From a bacterium (GTDB lineage: Bacteria; Actinomycetota; Acidimicrobiia; Acidimicrobiales; Bin134): 64,000 nucleotides of DNA. The position numbers were made by a program, and so were the translations under genes. The notes under the pieces are model-generated. The model saw nothing but the letters and a program-made list of their open reading frames with translations, was not told the origin of the DNA and searched no databases. This document shows, piece by piece, positions 51,399 through 61,911 of this stretch (position 1 is the stretch's first letter; each line of letters begins with the position of its first letter). The DNA is taken from the NCBI GenBank assembly GCA_026709025.1, contig JAPOTT010000008.1:4848-68847 (forward strand), written 5' to 3'.

Positions 51399-51671
51399 TT
51401 ACGTGCCATAAGGGGAGACTCCTTGAGCGTACTTGGCCCCAAAGAGTTCTAGCACCTCGCCTGGATGGGCATGCCTGCCGGTGACACCTTTGGAATAGAG
51501 CAAATCCCCGTTTACCGTCACATCAAAGATGCCCGAACCACCCGTTGTGAGGATTAGGGATTCAATGATGTGCTGATAGGTTTTCAACAAATCCGTAGCA
51601 GCGCTCACGGCGTGCTCTGAATAGTCTCAAGGGACACAGTAGGTTATAGAGATAGTGTGTTTTTGAGTCAT
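51399..51671 (-). CDS. Rdx family (SelW/SelT/SelH-like) probable selenoprotein, CxxU (UGA 51627-51629)
   Basis: MTQKHTISITY-CVP-U-DYSEHAVSA...GGSGIFDVTVNG...YSK; start overlaps the esterase stop (ATGA). Confidence 0.88.
51597..51616 (-). promoter_or_regulatory. SECIS-like hairpin
   Basis: AGCA-CGC-CGUGA-GCG-C-UGCU; loop starts 17 nt after the UGA and has GU at its 5' side. Confidence 0.55.
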
Positions 51672-52627
51672 GACAGCAGCGTAGCGCCAAGTCGTTCAAA
51701 TTGACGACGCAGCCAGTCTTTCTGATCGGCGTTGTAGCGTTTGGCAGCGTCTAGATGGCTAAACAGGTTCATACCATGTGGCACCCCAGAGTACACATGC
51801 AACTCGGTTGGCACGCCTGCGCCATAAAGCCGCATGGCGTACTCGGTAGCCTCGTCACGAAACCCATCTGCACCCCCCACACACACATAAGCCTCTGGCA
51901 ACCCACTCAAATCTTCGGCCCTAGCTACAGCCGCAGTACCAGCGATGTTGTCGGTGCCATACAGATCGCCTAAGTAGTATTTCCACCCAAAGGTGTTAGA
52001 GGTTTTGGGCCAGATAAGCAGATCGTCTAGTTGGCTAGACGGGGTAATCTGACGGTCGTCCAGCATTGGGCTGTCTAGTAGCTGAAACTGCACTGACACC
52101 TCGCCCCTATCGCGTGCCAACAACGCTAGGGCCGCACACAAACCACCTCCTGCGCTCACTCCAGTTATGCCAATTTTGTTTGGGTCGATGCCTAACTCCA
52201 CAGCGTTGTCGTAAGTCCACTTCAAACCGGCATAGCAGTCTTCCAGCGCACCGGGATACGGGGTTTCTGGGGCGAGACGGTATTCCACAGATACCGCTGC
52301 TATCTGAAACCGCGCACACCACCTTTCCAACTTGAGGTTGTCCATATCGCAACTTCCCAACACATAGCCACCACCATGTATGGAGTACACACATGCCAAC
52401 CCCTCAGACTCCAGCGTCGAGCCCACCGGGCGATGCACCCTAACGAACACGCCGTTGGCCTCATCCACCGTGTAATCCGTGCGTTCCACCGCATCGCTGA
52501 GCGCTGGTTGCTGCACTGAAATCAAGTTGCGTAGCTTGGGTAGAGCTTCAACGCTGAGCGGGAGCAAGGGGGCAGTGTGCTTGAGCGCTTCAATTTCGGG
52601 AAGCAAACCTACCGTTGCCATATCCAC
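51668..52627 (-). CDS. Alpha/beta hydrolase (HSL-family esterase)
   Basis: HGGG oxyanion, YRLAPE, GVSAGG nucleophile, D and HG of the triad. Confidence 0.92.
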   Translation of the reverse strand: MDMATVGLLPEIEALKHTAPLLPLSVEALPKLRNLISVQQPALSDAVERTDYTVDEANGVFVRVHRPVGSTLESEGLACVYSIHGGGYVLGSCDMDNLKLERWCARFQIAAVSVEYRLAPETPYPGALEDCYAGLKWTYDNAVELGIDPNKIGITGVSAGGGLCAALALLARDRGEVSVQFQLLDSPMLDDRQITPSSQLDDLLIWPKTSNTFGWKYYLGDLYGTDNIAGTAAVARAEDLSGLPEAYVCVGGADGFRDEATEYAMRLYGAGVPTELHVYSGVPHGMNLFSHLDAAKRYNADQKDWLRRQFERLGATLLS

Positions 52628-52691
52628 TCCTGTACAACAAATCCGCTACAACCAGCGCACACCAAACATAGCGCAGCAGTGTAATTGAGCT

Positions 52692-54296
52692 TTAGTTGAC
52701 GCTAAGCCCGGCCACATTTAGGCCCAAGGTGGCCGATTCTGTTAGCTCAACCAAATTATCTGACTCACAATCCATGGTGCCAGCGGTGGCAGGGTGACGG
52801 CGGATCCAACCGCTTGTGGTGGGCGTAACCAACATAAAACAAGACGAAGGCAAACCCTCTGCGGGGTTGGTAAGGCCGTGAAGCCCCTGCCCATCCCACT
52901 CGGTAATGGTGTTAGCAGCCTCAATCACCAACTCTCGGGTTAAACCTCCGCCGCTAAGGAACCTGGCGCGGTTCACCGCCTCTTCAAACAAAAGCGCTGA
53001 AGCCCAACTAGACAGGCCCACCAAGTTCAACTCGGCATCTGGGTTTGCTAACTCCCGTAGCGACAGCACATAGCGAACCAACTCCACATTGTGGCCCGCT
53101 TCTTCAAACGGCAACATGTTGATGCTCACCCAAACATCTTCGCTTAGCTGCCCGGCTGGTTCGGCCCAATCTTGGGAATAACAGTCGGCACCGCACTGAA
53201 ACAACACACCCGAGTTACCTGGCTCATTCTGCCTATCATCATCACCGGTAGCATCACCTGTAGAATCACCGGTAGCATCACCTGCAGCGCCCGCACTGCT
53301 AGAACCTGCATCAACAGAGCCTGCATCAACAGAGCCTGCATCATCTGCAACACCATTGTTCAAAACACTGTCCACAACATTGTCTAGGCGCACCCAAGCA
53401 TCCAAAAGCTGCAACATCCGCTGGCCGTCTGCAGTCCAAGACACGGCCTGCGCGCCGCTGCTTTGCAACTCTAGGGCAAGGTCGTCGTAATCTTGATCCA
53501 CCACATCGGCGGTAGCCTGATGTACATAGACGTAACCAGCGCTAGTGGCTGCTTCAATCTCACGCTGAGCCTGATAGAAGGCCACCGGCAAATCCAATAT
53601 CACCGTTGCCACGGCGTTTGTGGCTTGCCCAAATCGCTGTTGCAGGTACTGGGCAGGTCCGGCATTCCAGATCAGGTTGGAGGTGGGGTTAGACACGAAG
53701 GTCACCTCTGATTCCCGCCGGTCGGGACTAAGGGCTGCTGCTGGAAAATCCGGCAGACGACAAGACGGAGCGTTCAACAAATCCACCCCGTTGCCGTCTC
53801 CCAACGCGTAAGAACCTACCAAAGCAAAAATATCGCTCGCACAAGCCTCACGCACAGCGCCCCGGTGGTCAAACACGTTGGCATCAAACAACACCACCTC
53901 CACATTGCGCCCGGCTAGTCCACCCCGCTCGTTTACCGACACCTCCCAAGCCTTCATGGCTAACCAAGCAGCCTCGCTACCGCTCGTAACGGCGTTGTCT
54001 TCGTTGAGACCAGCAATGTCAGCCACAACACCTAAACGAATCAACTCATCGCTAAGCCCAGGGGTGGTTGGTTCTAAAGAACCACCACCCAACCCGTTTA
54101 CACCATCGGCCGACAAAGGCGTGGGAGTAGGCACCGCAGGCGCAGACACTACCGGGCCCTCCAAATTGGGTTTGTCACAAGCAACGGCCAACAGCGCCAA
54201 CGCCACAAATAACGCCAGCGCTCGCTGCCCCGACTGCCCCAGCCATCCAGGCTGCCCCGACTGCCTCAAACGCCACAGCCGATCACCTGCCGACAT
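52692..54296 (-). CDS. ABC transporter substrate-binding lipoprotein (branched-chain amino acid/PBP1 type)
   Basis: Lipobox AVAC, VNERGGLAGRNVEV, FALVGS; no permease genes nearby. Confidence 0.75.
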   Translation of the reverse strand: MSAGDRLWRLRQSGQPGWLGQSGQRALALFVALALLAVACDKPNLEGPVVSAPAVPTPTPLSADGVNGLGGGSLEPTTPGLSDELIRLGVVADIAGLNEDNAVTSGSEAAWLAMKAWEVSVNERGGLAGRNVEVVLFDANVFDHRGAVREACASDIFALVGSYALGDGNGVDLLNAPSCRLPDFPAAALSPDRRESEVTFVSNPTSNLIWNAGPAQYLQQRFGQATNAVATVILDLPVAFYQAQREIEAATSAGYVYVHQATADVVDQDYDDLALELQSSGAQAVSWTADGQRMLQLLDAWVRLDNVVDSVLNNGVADDAGSVDAGSVDAGSSSAGAAGDATGDSTGDATGDDDRQNEPGNSGVLFQCGADCYSQDWAEPAGQLSEDVWVSINMLPFEEAGHNVELVRYVLSLRELANPDAELNLVGLSSWASALLFEEAVNRARFLSGGGLTRELVIEAANTITEWDGQGLHGLTNPAEGLPSSCFMLVTPTTSGWIRRHPATAGTMDCESDNLVELTESATLGLNVAGLSVN

Positions 54297-54347
54297 CTAA
54301 AGGCCCAGTAGGTACAAACTTATGAGTGCAAAGTTACGGGTGCAGGG

Positions 54348-55661
54348 TTAAGCCTTAGCTGCGGCGAAACCCAACTCTAAGTCGGCGATGATATCGTCTA
54401 GCGTTTCCAACCCAACCGACAGCCGCACAAGGCCAGGGTAAACCCCGGTACTGCTCTGTTCTTGTTCGGTAAGCTGCGAGTGCGTGGTAGAAGCGGGATG
54501 AATCACCAAGCTTCGCACATCACCAATGTTGGCAACGTGGCTGTGCAAGCTCAGCGCGTTCACAAACTTCTCGCCAGCCTCACGCCCACCAGAGATATGG
54601 AATGCTGGCACCGAACCGTAACCCTTATTAGCGGTGTAATGGCTCATGCGCTCATGCCACGGGCTGCTAGCAAGACCACCATACTGTACCGCCTCCACCT
54701 GATCGTGGGCATCTAGGTACTCGGCCACTGCTTGAGCGTTAGCGCAGTGCCGCTCCATGCGCATGCTCAGCGTTTCCACTCCTTGCAGGAAATAGAACGC
54801 ATTTTGCGGAGATATGGCTGCGCCAATATCTCGCAAAAGCTGCACCCGAGCCTTGATTATGTAAGAGCCGTGGCCCAACGCAGGCCAATAGCTCAAGCCG
54901 TGGTAGCTAGGGTCGGGTTCTGTGAAGTTAGCGAAACGACCGCTAGCCCCAAAGTCAAAGCTTCCACCGTCCACAATCACCCCGCCGATGGAGTTGCCGT
55001 GACCTCCGATGAACTTGGTCATGGAATGCACCACAATGTCAGCCCCATAAGCAAGCGGTTGAATCAAGTACGGCGAAGGCACTGTGTTATCCACCATCAA
55101 GGGAATGCCCTCGGCGTGAGCCACTTCAGCCACCCCTGCGATATCTAAGCAATCGTTTTTGGGATTGCCGATGGTCTCAGAATAGAACACCTTGGTATTG
55201 GCACGAACCGCGTTTTTCCAAGCATCCAAATCGTCGGGATCTTCAATGAACGACACCTCAATACCCATCTTTGGCAAGGTGTAATGGAACAGGTTATAGG
55301 TTCCCCCATACAACGAGGCAGACGACACCACGTGATCGCCAGATTCTGCCAAGTTCAAGATGGCTGTCATCTCGGCTGCTTGCCCAGATGCCAGCGCCAA
55401 AGCCCCCGGAATGCCGATAGCCGTTGCGGTGCCGCCTTCTAGGGCAGCAATGCGAGCCTCCAGCACCATTTGAGTGGGGTTCATAATGCGGGTGTAGATG
55501 TTGCCCACCTCAGTTAGCCCGAACAACGCTGCAGCATGCTCAGTGTCGCGGAACACATAAGAGGTTGTCTGATGAATGGGCACCGCGCGCGACCCTGTAG
55601 TGGGATCGGGTTCTTGCCCTGCATGGATTTGCTTGGTTTCAAATCCCCAGTTTTCGCTCAC
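54348..55661 (-). CDS. metY: O-acetylhomoserine aminocarboxypropyltransferase/cysteine synthase
   Basis: FETKQIHAG, YTRIMNPT, HSMTKFIGGHG, ANIGDVRSLVIHPASTTH. Confidence 0.92.
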   Translation of the reverse strand: MSENWGFETKQIHAGQEPDPTTGSRAVPIHQTTSYVFRDTEHAAALFGLTEVGNIYTRIMNPTQMVLEARIAALEGGTATAIGIPGALALASGQAAEMTAILNLAESGDHVVSSASLYGGTYNLFHYTLPKMGIEVSFIEDPDDLDAWKNAVRANTKVFYSETIGNPKNDCLDIAGVAEVAHAEGIPLMVDNTVPSPYLIQPLAYGADIVVHSMTKFIGGHGNSIGGVIVDGGSFDFGASGRFANFTEPDPSYHGLSYWPALGHGSYIIKARVQLLRDIGAAISPQNAFYFLQGVETLSMRMERHCANAQAVAEYLDAHDQVEAVQYGGLASSPWHERMSHYTANKGYGSVPAFHISGGREAGEKFVNALSLHSHVANIGDVRSLVIHPASTTHSQLTEQEQSSTGVYPGLVRLSVGLETLDDIIADLELGFAAAKA

Positions 55662-55713
55662 TTGCGCTACCTACTTTCAATAATCAAGCTGTGAACAATG
55701 CAGTCGGGTTAGT

Positions 55714-56745
55714 CTACCCCTGTCCACCAGATGTTGCCTGTACGCTCTGGCGACCTTGCGATATCCACGGCATCATAGAACGCAACTCAGCGCCCACCTT
55801 TTCGATGGGATGGTTTTGCCCGTCGGCTTCCATCGCCAAGAACCTGCCTCGGCCACTGCGACTCTCTGCCATCCACTCTGAGGCAAACGCCCCACTTTGA
55901 ATCTCGGCCAGAATATTTTTCATCTCAGCGCGGGTATCTGCGTTGATGATGCGATCCCCACGGCTCAAATCGCCGTATTCGGCAGTGTCGGAGATGGAAT
56001 AGCGCATGCCACCAATACCCTCTTCATACATAAGGTCTACTATCAGCTTGAGTTCGTGCAGGCACTCAAAATAGGCCACTTCGGGCTGGTACCCCGCCTC
56101 GCACAGCGTTTCAAACCCGGCTGTTACCAGCGAGGTAAGCCCTCCACAGAGCACAACTTGTTCGCCAAACAGGTCTGTTTCGGTCTCCTCGGCAAAGGTG
56201 GTTTGGATAACCCCCGCACGAGCCCCACCGATGGCATCGGCATAAGCCAGTGCCAAATCCCCCGCATGGCCTGTTGCATCTTGACCCACAGCTATCAAAC
56301 ACGGCACCCCGCCACCTTCAACATACGTACGCCGCACTAGGTGGCCGGGGCCTTTAGGGGCCACCATTGCCACATCTACCTCTGCTGGAGCCGAGATCAA
56401 GTTGAAGCGGACGTTGAAACCGTGTGCAAAAAACAGCGCATCGCCAGCTTGCAGATGTGGTGCCACATAAGCCGCATAAACGTCTGCCTGTTCAGTGTCG
56501 GGCAACAACATCATGATCAGATCTGCTTCAGCACAAGCATCGCCCAAAGACAGCACCCTCAGGCCAGCTTCTGTTGCTTTGGTGGCTGAGGAGGAGCCCT
56601 CGCGCAAGCCCACCCGCACATCAATGCCCGACTCTTTAAGGTTCAGCGCATGGGCATGACCCTGCGAACCGTACCCCAAGATTGCCACCTTGCGGTTAGC
56701 TATCTGAGCGCGATCGGCATCTTTTTCATATAAAACAGTTGCCAC
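55714..56745 (-). CDS. ilvC: Ketol-acid reductoisomerase
   Basis: [36 protein letters not shown]. Confidence 0.97.
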   Translation of the reverse strand: MATVLYEKDADRAQIANRKVAILGYGSQGHAHALNLKESGIDVRVGLREGSSSATKATEAGLRVLSLGDACAEADLIMMLLPDTEQADVYAAYVAPHLQAGDALFFAHGFNVRFNLISAPAEVDVAMVAPKGPGHLVRRTYVEGGGVPCLIAVGQDATGHAGDLALAYADAIGGARAGVIQTTFAEETETDLFGEQVVLCGGLTSLVTAGFETLCEAGYQPEVAYFECLHELKLIVDLMYEEGIGGMRYSISDTAEYGDLSRGDRIINADTRAEMKNILAEIQSGAFASEWMAESRSGRGRFLAMEADGQNHPIEKVGAELRSMMPWISQGRQSVQATSGGQG

Positions 56746-56775
56746 CTGTTCTCCTTTTTAGTTCTGGGTGTTTTT

Positions 56776-57315
56776 TTAATTGCTGATAAGCGGATCGGGG
56801 GTTGTCTTAGACAACTTGGGTAACGCCACCTTGCCAGTGCGCTGCACATCTACGATGCCGTACGGTCTCAAAAGGTCTTCAAAGTCATCCACACGATTCA
56901 GCGAACCGGTTAAAGACACCATTATCTCGTCTTGGCCCACGTTCAACACGGTGGCTTGAAATATCCGCACCAAATCCAAGATTTGGCCCCTAATCTCAGG
57001 CTCAGCGCGCACCGTGGCCATCATCAACTCCCGCTCGATACTAGATGCAGGGTTCAACTCTTGAATCTCCACTACGTTCACCAGCTTGTCTAGCTGCTTA
57101 ACCACCTGCTCCATAGGCGCAGAGCTAACCCCCACCACGATGGTTAAGCGACTAAAGCGCTCATCGTCTGTGGGAGCTACAGCCAAAGATTCAATGTTGA
57201 ACCCCCGCCGGGCAAACAACCCGGCCACACGGGCCAACACCCCTGCTTTGTTCTCCACATGCACCACCAGCGTGGTGGTATCGGCACCCCTATGTCTGCT
57301 CACCCGACTGCTCAT
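56776..57315 (-). CDS. ilvN: Acetolactate synthase small subunit
   Basis: VENKAGVLARVAGLFARRGFNIESL, QLDKL, RTG. Confidence 0.96.
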   Translation of the reverse strand: MSSRVSRHRGADTTTLVVHVENKAGVLARVAGLFARRGFNIESLAVAPTDDERFSRLTIVVGVSSAPMEQVVKQLDKLVNVVEIQELNPASSIERELMMATVRAEPEIRGQILDLVRIFQATVLNVGQDEIMVSLTGSLNRVDDFEDLLRPYGIVDVQRTGKVALPKLSKTTPDPLISN

Positions 57316-59051
57316 CTGGGCCGATCCTGTTGGGAAGGATCTACCACAACCTCGCTGTTTGTCTTACCCGAAGGCACCATAGGAAACACGTTCTCTTCAG
57401 CCTCACATCGGAACTCCACAACAACCGGCCTGTCGTCCACCTCGTTGGCTTTATCGATGGCAGGCTGCACCTCCTCAGGCGATTCCACTCGGATGCCAAC
57501 GCAGCCCAGCGCTTCAGCCCACTTCTTGTAGTCTGGCACATCTCTATCCAGATAAACCTCTGAGTAGCGCTCCTCATAAAACATCTCTTGCCACTGGCGC
57601 ACCATGCCCAAATAGGCATTGTTCATAAGCGCCACCTTGATGGGAAAGCCCTCGGTAGTAGCTGTGACGAGTTCCTGAGCGGTCATCTGGAAGCAGCCAT
57701 CGCCATCTACGGCCCACACCATGCGATCTGGTCGACCAGCTTTGGCCCCGATAGCAGCAGGAATGGCAAAACCCATGGTGCCTAACCCACCAGAGTTCAC
57801 CCAAGTGTAAGGGTGGTTGAACTTCCAGTACTGGCTAGTCCACATCTGATGCTGACCCACACCCGATGCCACGATGGTGTCATCTGGAGTGGAATCTCGC
57901 AACTGCTCTAACACATACTGCATCTTGAGCAACTCATCGGGCTTAGATTGTTTGTATGTAAGCGGGAAACGTTCTTGCCACCCGCTAATGCGCGTGCGCC
58001 ACTGCGAGCGATCTGGCTGAGTATCTACGCCACCGTCAGCCCGCAGCACCTGTAGGAGATCTTCTATTACCAAACGACAGTCTCCTTGGATGGCCACATC
58101 TGGGCGACGCACCTTACCCAACTCGGCGCTGTCAATGTCTACGTGGATCACCTTTGCCTGTGGGGCAAAGCCGTCCACCTTGCCGGTTACCCGATCGTCA
58201 AAGCGAGCACCTAGGGCAATCAGCAAATCGGCTTCTTGCATGGCAGTAACAGCAGTGTAGTTGCCGTGCATGCCGGGCATTCCCAAACACAACGGGTGCT
58301 CATCGGGAAAGCCACCACGATTCATAAGGGTTGTAACCACAAAGATGCCTGTGAGTTCGGCTAGTTCCCGCAGTGCTTCTGCGGCACGGGCCTTCAAAAT
58401 ACCACCACCGGTGTAGAGCACCGGGCGCTCAGCCGCACATATCAGCTTGGCTGCTTGGCGTATCTGCTCTGGGTCTCCACTCAAGTTGGGGTTGTAGCCC
58501 GGCAAATCGTGGCCTTGTGGCGTGTACCAATCTAAGGCTGAACGGGGGTTGTTTGGATCTACAATGTCTTTGGGGATGTCCACTAATACGGGGCCCGGCC
58601 TTCCGGTGGTGGCTATGTGAAAGGCATCGTGAATCACCTGGGGGATGTCTGCGGCCTCCGAAACCAGGTAGTTGTGCTTGGTCACCGCCATGGTGATACC
58701 CGTGGTGTCGCACTCTTGAAATGCATCGGTGCCGATAGCGGCATAGGGCACCTGTCCTGTCACCACCACCATCGGAATGGAATCCATGTAAGCATCACAA
58801 AGAGGAGTAACGATGTTTGTGGCCGCCGGGCCCGAGGTAACCATGGCCACCCCAGGTTGTCCGGTGGCGTGAGCATAACCTTCGGCCATGTGACCTGCGC
58901 CCTGTTCATGGCGCACCAGCACATGGCGGATGGAGGAGTCCAGCAATGGGTCGTACACCGGCAATATGGCACCACCGGGTAGCCCAAACAAGATGTCTAC
59001 CCCTTCATTTTCAAGGGCCTTCATCAGGGCCTGCCCGCCGTTCATCTTCAT
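57312..59051 (-). CDS. ilvB: Acetolactate synthase large subunit
   Basis: FGLPGGA, RHEQGAGH, SGGLGTMG, GDGCFQM...NN TPP motif. Confidence 0.96.
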   Translation of the reverse strand: MKMNGGQALMKALENEGVDILFGLPGGAILPVYDPLLDSSIRHVLVRHEQGAGHMAEGYAHATGQPGVAMVTSGPAATNIVTPLCDAYMDSIPMVVVTGQVPYAAIGTDAFQECDTTGITMAVTKHNYLVSEAADIPQVIHDAFHIATTGRPGPVLVDIPKDIVDPNNPRSALDWYTPQGHDLPGYNPNLSGDPEQIRQAAKLICAAERPVLYTGGGILKARAAEALRELAELTGIFVVTTLMNRGGFPDEHPLCLGMPGMHGNYTAVTAMQEADLLIALGARFDDRVTGKVDGFAPQAKVIHVDIDSAELGKVRRPDVAIQGDCRLVIEDLLQVLRADGGVDTQPDRSQWRTRISGWQERFPLTYKQSKPDELLKMQYVLEQLRDSTPDDTIVASGVGQHQMWTSQYWKFNHPYTWVNSGGLGTMGFAIPAAIGAKAGRPDRMVWAVDGDGCFQMTAQELVTATTEGFPIKVALMNNAYLGMVRQWQEMFYEERYSEVYLDRDVPDYKKWAEALGCVGIRVESPEEVQPAIDKANEVDDRPVVVEFRCEAEENVFPMVPSGKTNSEVVVDPSQQDRPR

Positions 59052-59067
59052 GTTGAATCGACCTTCA

Positions 59068-60744
59068 CTAAGCCTCGGTTACGGCACCCTTATCGGCACC
59101 TTGAGCTAATCGAGCGTACTTGGCCAACACGCCCTTGGTATAACGGGGCAAAGGTGGCTTCCAGTTGGCTCGGCGTTTAGCTAACTCAGCCTCGTCTACC
59201 AGCAAGTCTATGGAGTGATCTCTTACGTCAATACGGATGCTGTCACCCTCAGCCACCAACGCTATAGGGCCACCATCGGTAGCTTCGGGAGCAACGTGGC
59301 CAATGCAAAAACCGTGCGTACCGCCCGAAAAGCGCCCGTCTGTGATGAGCGCAGCGTCTCCACCCCGACCAGCACCCTTCATAGCACCGGTAATGGCCAG
59401 CATCTCCCGCATGCCCGGGCCACCTTTGGGCCCCTCGTAACGAATTACCACCACATCTCCCGCAGCAATTCGGCCTGCTAACACTGCCTCCATAGCATCT
59501 GCCTCATCGTCAAACACCCGAGCCGTGCCCTCAAAGTGCTCAAAATCTAACCCTGCCACCTTCACCACTGCTCCGTTAGGTGCCAACGACCCGGTGAGCA
59601 CAGCAATTCCGCCGATGTCGCAAATAGGACTGTTGATCTGGTGGACAACCTCGCCATCTGGGGCTGGCGGATCCAGCAAAGCCAAGTTTTCGGCCATGGT
59701 CTTACCAGTAACGGTTACCTCATCACCATGCAATAACCCCTCATCTAGCAAGGTCTGGAGCACAACGGGCACCCCGCCGACGCGATCTATGTCTGCCATG
59801 TGATACTTGCCATGGGGTTTGGTGTCGGCTAGGTGGGGAACCCGTGCGGCCACCTTGTTGAAATCGTCTAGTGCTAGTTCCACTTCGGCTTCATAAGCAA
59901 TGGCCAACAGGTGAAGCACCGCATTGGTGGAGCCGCCTAGAGCCATGGTTACAGCAATGGCGTTCTCAAAGGCCGCCTTCGTCATGATGGTGCGAGGGCA
60001 GATGTTATTGCGTAGCAAGTTGATCACAGCGGTTCCGCTGGCGTAGCTGTAGTCGTCACGCCGTCTGTCTACTGCCGCAGCCGATGCACTGCCCGGAAGT
60101 GACATCCCGAGCGCTTCACCAATGGATGCCATGGTGTTGGCTGTGAACATGCCAGCACAAGAACCCTCAGTGGGACAGGCATTGCGCTCAATGGCATCTA
60201 GGGCTGCGTCGTCTATATCGCCCACCGCATGGGCACCAACGGCTTCAAACACGCTGACGATATCTAGCACCTCGCCGTTGTGGCGCCCTGGCAAGATAGA
60301 CCCGCCGTACACAAACACCGATGGTAGGTTGACACGGGCTGCTGCCATGAGCATCCCCGGCAGAGACTTGTCGCAGCCTGCAAAGCTTACAAAGGCATCC
60401 AAACGCTCGGCGTGCATCACCGCTTCTACTGAGTCGGCGATCACCTCACGGCTCACCAACGATGCCCGCATACCCTCATGCCCCATGGAGATGCCATCGG
60501 ATACGGCGATGGTGTTGAACTCAATGGGGAAACCACCCGCATCCCTTATTCCTTGCTTAGCGCGTTTGGCCAGCCTGTCTAGGGGCAGATTACACGGGGT
60601 TACCTCGTTCCAAGACGAGGCTACGCCCACTTGTGGCTTATCCCAGTCGTCATCGGTCATGCCCACAGCCCGCAACATGGCACGCGCTGGAGCCCGAGCA
60701 GCACCAGAGGTTACCTCGTGCGAGCGCAGCTTCATATCTGCCAT
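59068..60744 (-). CDS. ilvD: Dihydroxy-acid dehydratase
   Basis: [37 protein letters not shown]. Confidence 0.97.
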   Translation of the reverse strand: MADMKLRSHEVTSGAARAPARAMLRAVGMTDDDWDKPQVGVASSWNEVTPCNLPLDRLAKRAKQGIRDAGGFPIEFNTIAVSDGISMGHEGMRASLVSREVIADSVEAVMHAERLDAFVSFAGCDKSLPGMLMAAARVNLPSVFVYGGSILPGRHNGEVLDIVSVFEAVGAHAVGDIDDAALDAIERNACPTEGSCAGMFTANTMASIGEALGMSLPGSASAAAVDRRRDDYSYASGTAVINLLRNNICPRTIMTKAAFENAIAVTMALGGSTNAVLHLLAIAYEAEVELALDDFNKVAARVPHLADTKPHGKYHMADIDRVGGVPVVLQTLLDEGLLHGDEVTVTGKTMAENLALLDPPAPDGEVVHQINSPICDIGGIAVLTGSLAPNGAVVKVAGLDFEHFEGTARVFDDEADAMEAVLAGRIAAGDVVVIRYEGPKGGPGMREMLAITGAMKGAGRGGDAALITDGRFSGGTHGFCIGHVAPEATDGGPIALVAEGDSIRIDVRDHSIDLLVDEAELAKRRANWKPPLPRYTKGVLAKYARLAQGADKGAVTEA

Positions 60745-60790
60745 CCCATTAGGCTACCTGCGCGCCCAAAACGAAGCTTAGAAATGGTGC

Positions 60791-61627
60791 TTAGAAGCGG
60801 CGCTCCACCTCGGCTTTGAGTTCTTGGTTGAACTGGGCGTACGCGCCGCTCAAAAGGTCGGCAAGCGTAGAAGCTGGAAATACTGTGCTGTCGCCGGTGA
60901 ACTGATCGGTTTGCACAAACAGCGTTGCCGATCCGTCTGTGCGGTCTACGGTAAAGTGATGGTCGTCTACAATGCCGGGCGCAAAGGCGAGCGGATCAGA
61001 CCAGCTAAACGAACGACCCTCCTCCCAAGACAACACGTGCGGGAACTCCTGTGGAGCACCCTCATTAAGGTAAATGGCCGTGGCTTGGCCACCGTCGCTC
61101 ACATCTCCGGTGATCCCTTGAAACGAACTGCTCCAATCAGGCATTGATTCGAAATCCGTAAGCACCTCCCACACCTGTGCAGGCGTGGCCTCAATAACGA
61201 TGTCGGTGTAAACAAGCAGCGACCCGTCTTCTTGCGTACGAACTTCGGAGGTGGCCCTGCTGCGATCTAGGCAGCCATCGGGAACCAACTCGGTGTCAAC
61301 AGCGAAGCGGCAGCGGAAAGAGTTCAACAAAGCCTCGTGGCTTTGTACTTGCGCATCAAGGCTCTCGATATCTTGCGCAGTGGGGCTCTCTGGAGCAGCC
61401 TCAGCCGTAATCACCTCAGGCGATTCGCAGCCTCCCGCAACCTCGTCTGTGTCCACCGCAAACAAACACCGATAAGCGTTCAACAGGTTTTCCTGAGCGG
61501 CGATGAGCTGATTTCTCTCAGCCACATCGCTTGAGGTCTGCGCCAACGAAGGCGTAGCAAACAGTGCCCCTGCAATGGCAAACACCGCCAGAGCCGCACA
61601 CAATCGTAAACTTAAAATTTTCTGCAT
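60791..61627 (-). CDS. Secreted protein: duplicated Cys-containing N-terminal module + SRPBCC/polyketide-cyclase domain
   Basis: Signal peptide ending SLA-Q; two LLN.(Y/F)RC.FAVDT..V..GC repeats; IEATPAQVWEVLTDF...FNQELKAEVE. Confidence 0.78.
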   Translation of the reverse strand: MQKILSLRLCAALAVFAIAGALFATPSLAQTSSDVAERNQLIAAQENLLNAYRCLFAVDTDEVAGGCESPEVITAEAAPESPTAQDIESLDAQVQSHEALLNSFRCRFAVDTELVPDGCLDRSRATSEVRTQEDGSLLVYTDIVIEATPAQVWEVLTDFESMPDWSSSFQGITGDVSDGGQATAIYLNEGAPQEFPHVLSWEEGRSFSWSDPLAFAPGIVDDHHFTVDRTDGSATLFVQTDQFTGDSTVFPASTLADLLSGAYAQFNQELKAEVERRF

Positions 61628-61911
61628 AAAAGGTACCCTACCACCACTGCCACCTGATTACCTAGTGCCTGCTGGCAGCTTCTGACAAACTCAAGCGGGC
61701 GGTTGTGTGTGGAATCCGGCTATACAGCAGACTTTGCATTTGATACTAGAGCAGGGGATTGCAGCGGCCCTTTGACGCTCACAGTTCATCATAAATGGCG
61801 GTCACCGTTCTTAACACCCCATTCATCTGTAAATTGGACTGTTATTTTTGAGCGTGTCCATCGCTTCAAAGACTAGATTGGGAATTATATACAGAACTAG
61901 ACAACCCGCAG

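Noticed and set aside
55662-55713. SAM riboswitch before metY
   Set aside because: Only 52 nt with no recognisable aptamer; metY appears to be co-transcribed with ilvC
60745-60790. ilv leader peptide/attenuator or T-box
   Set aside because: No Ile/Leu/Val-rich mini-ORF or terminator in 46 nt
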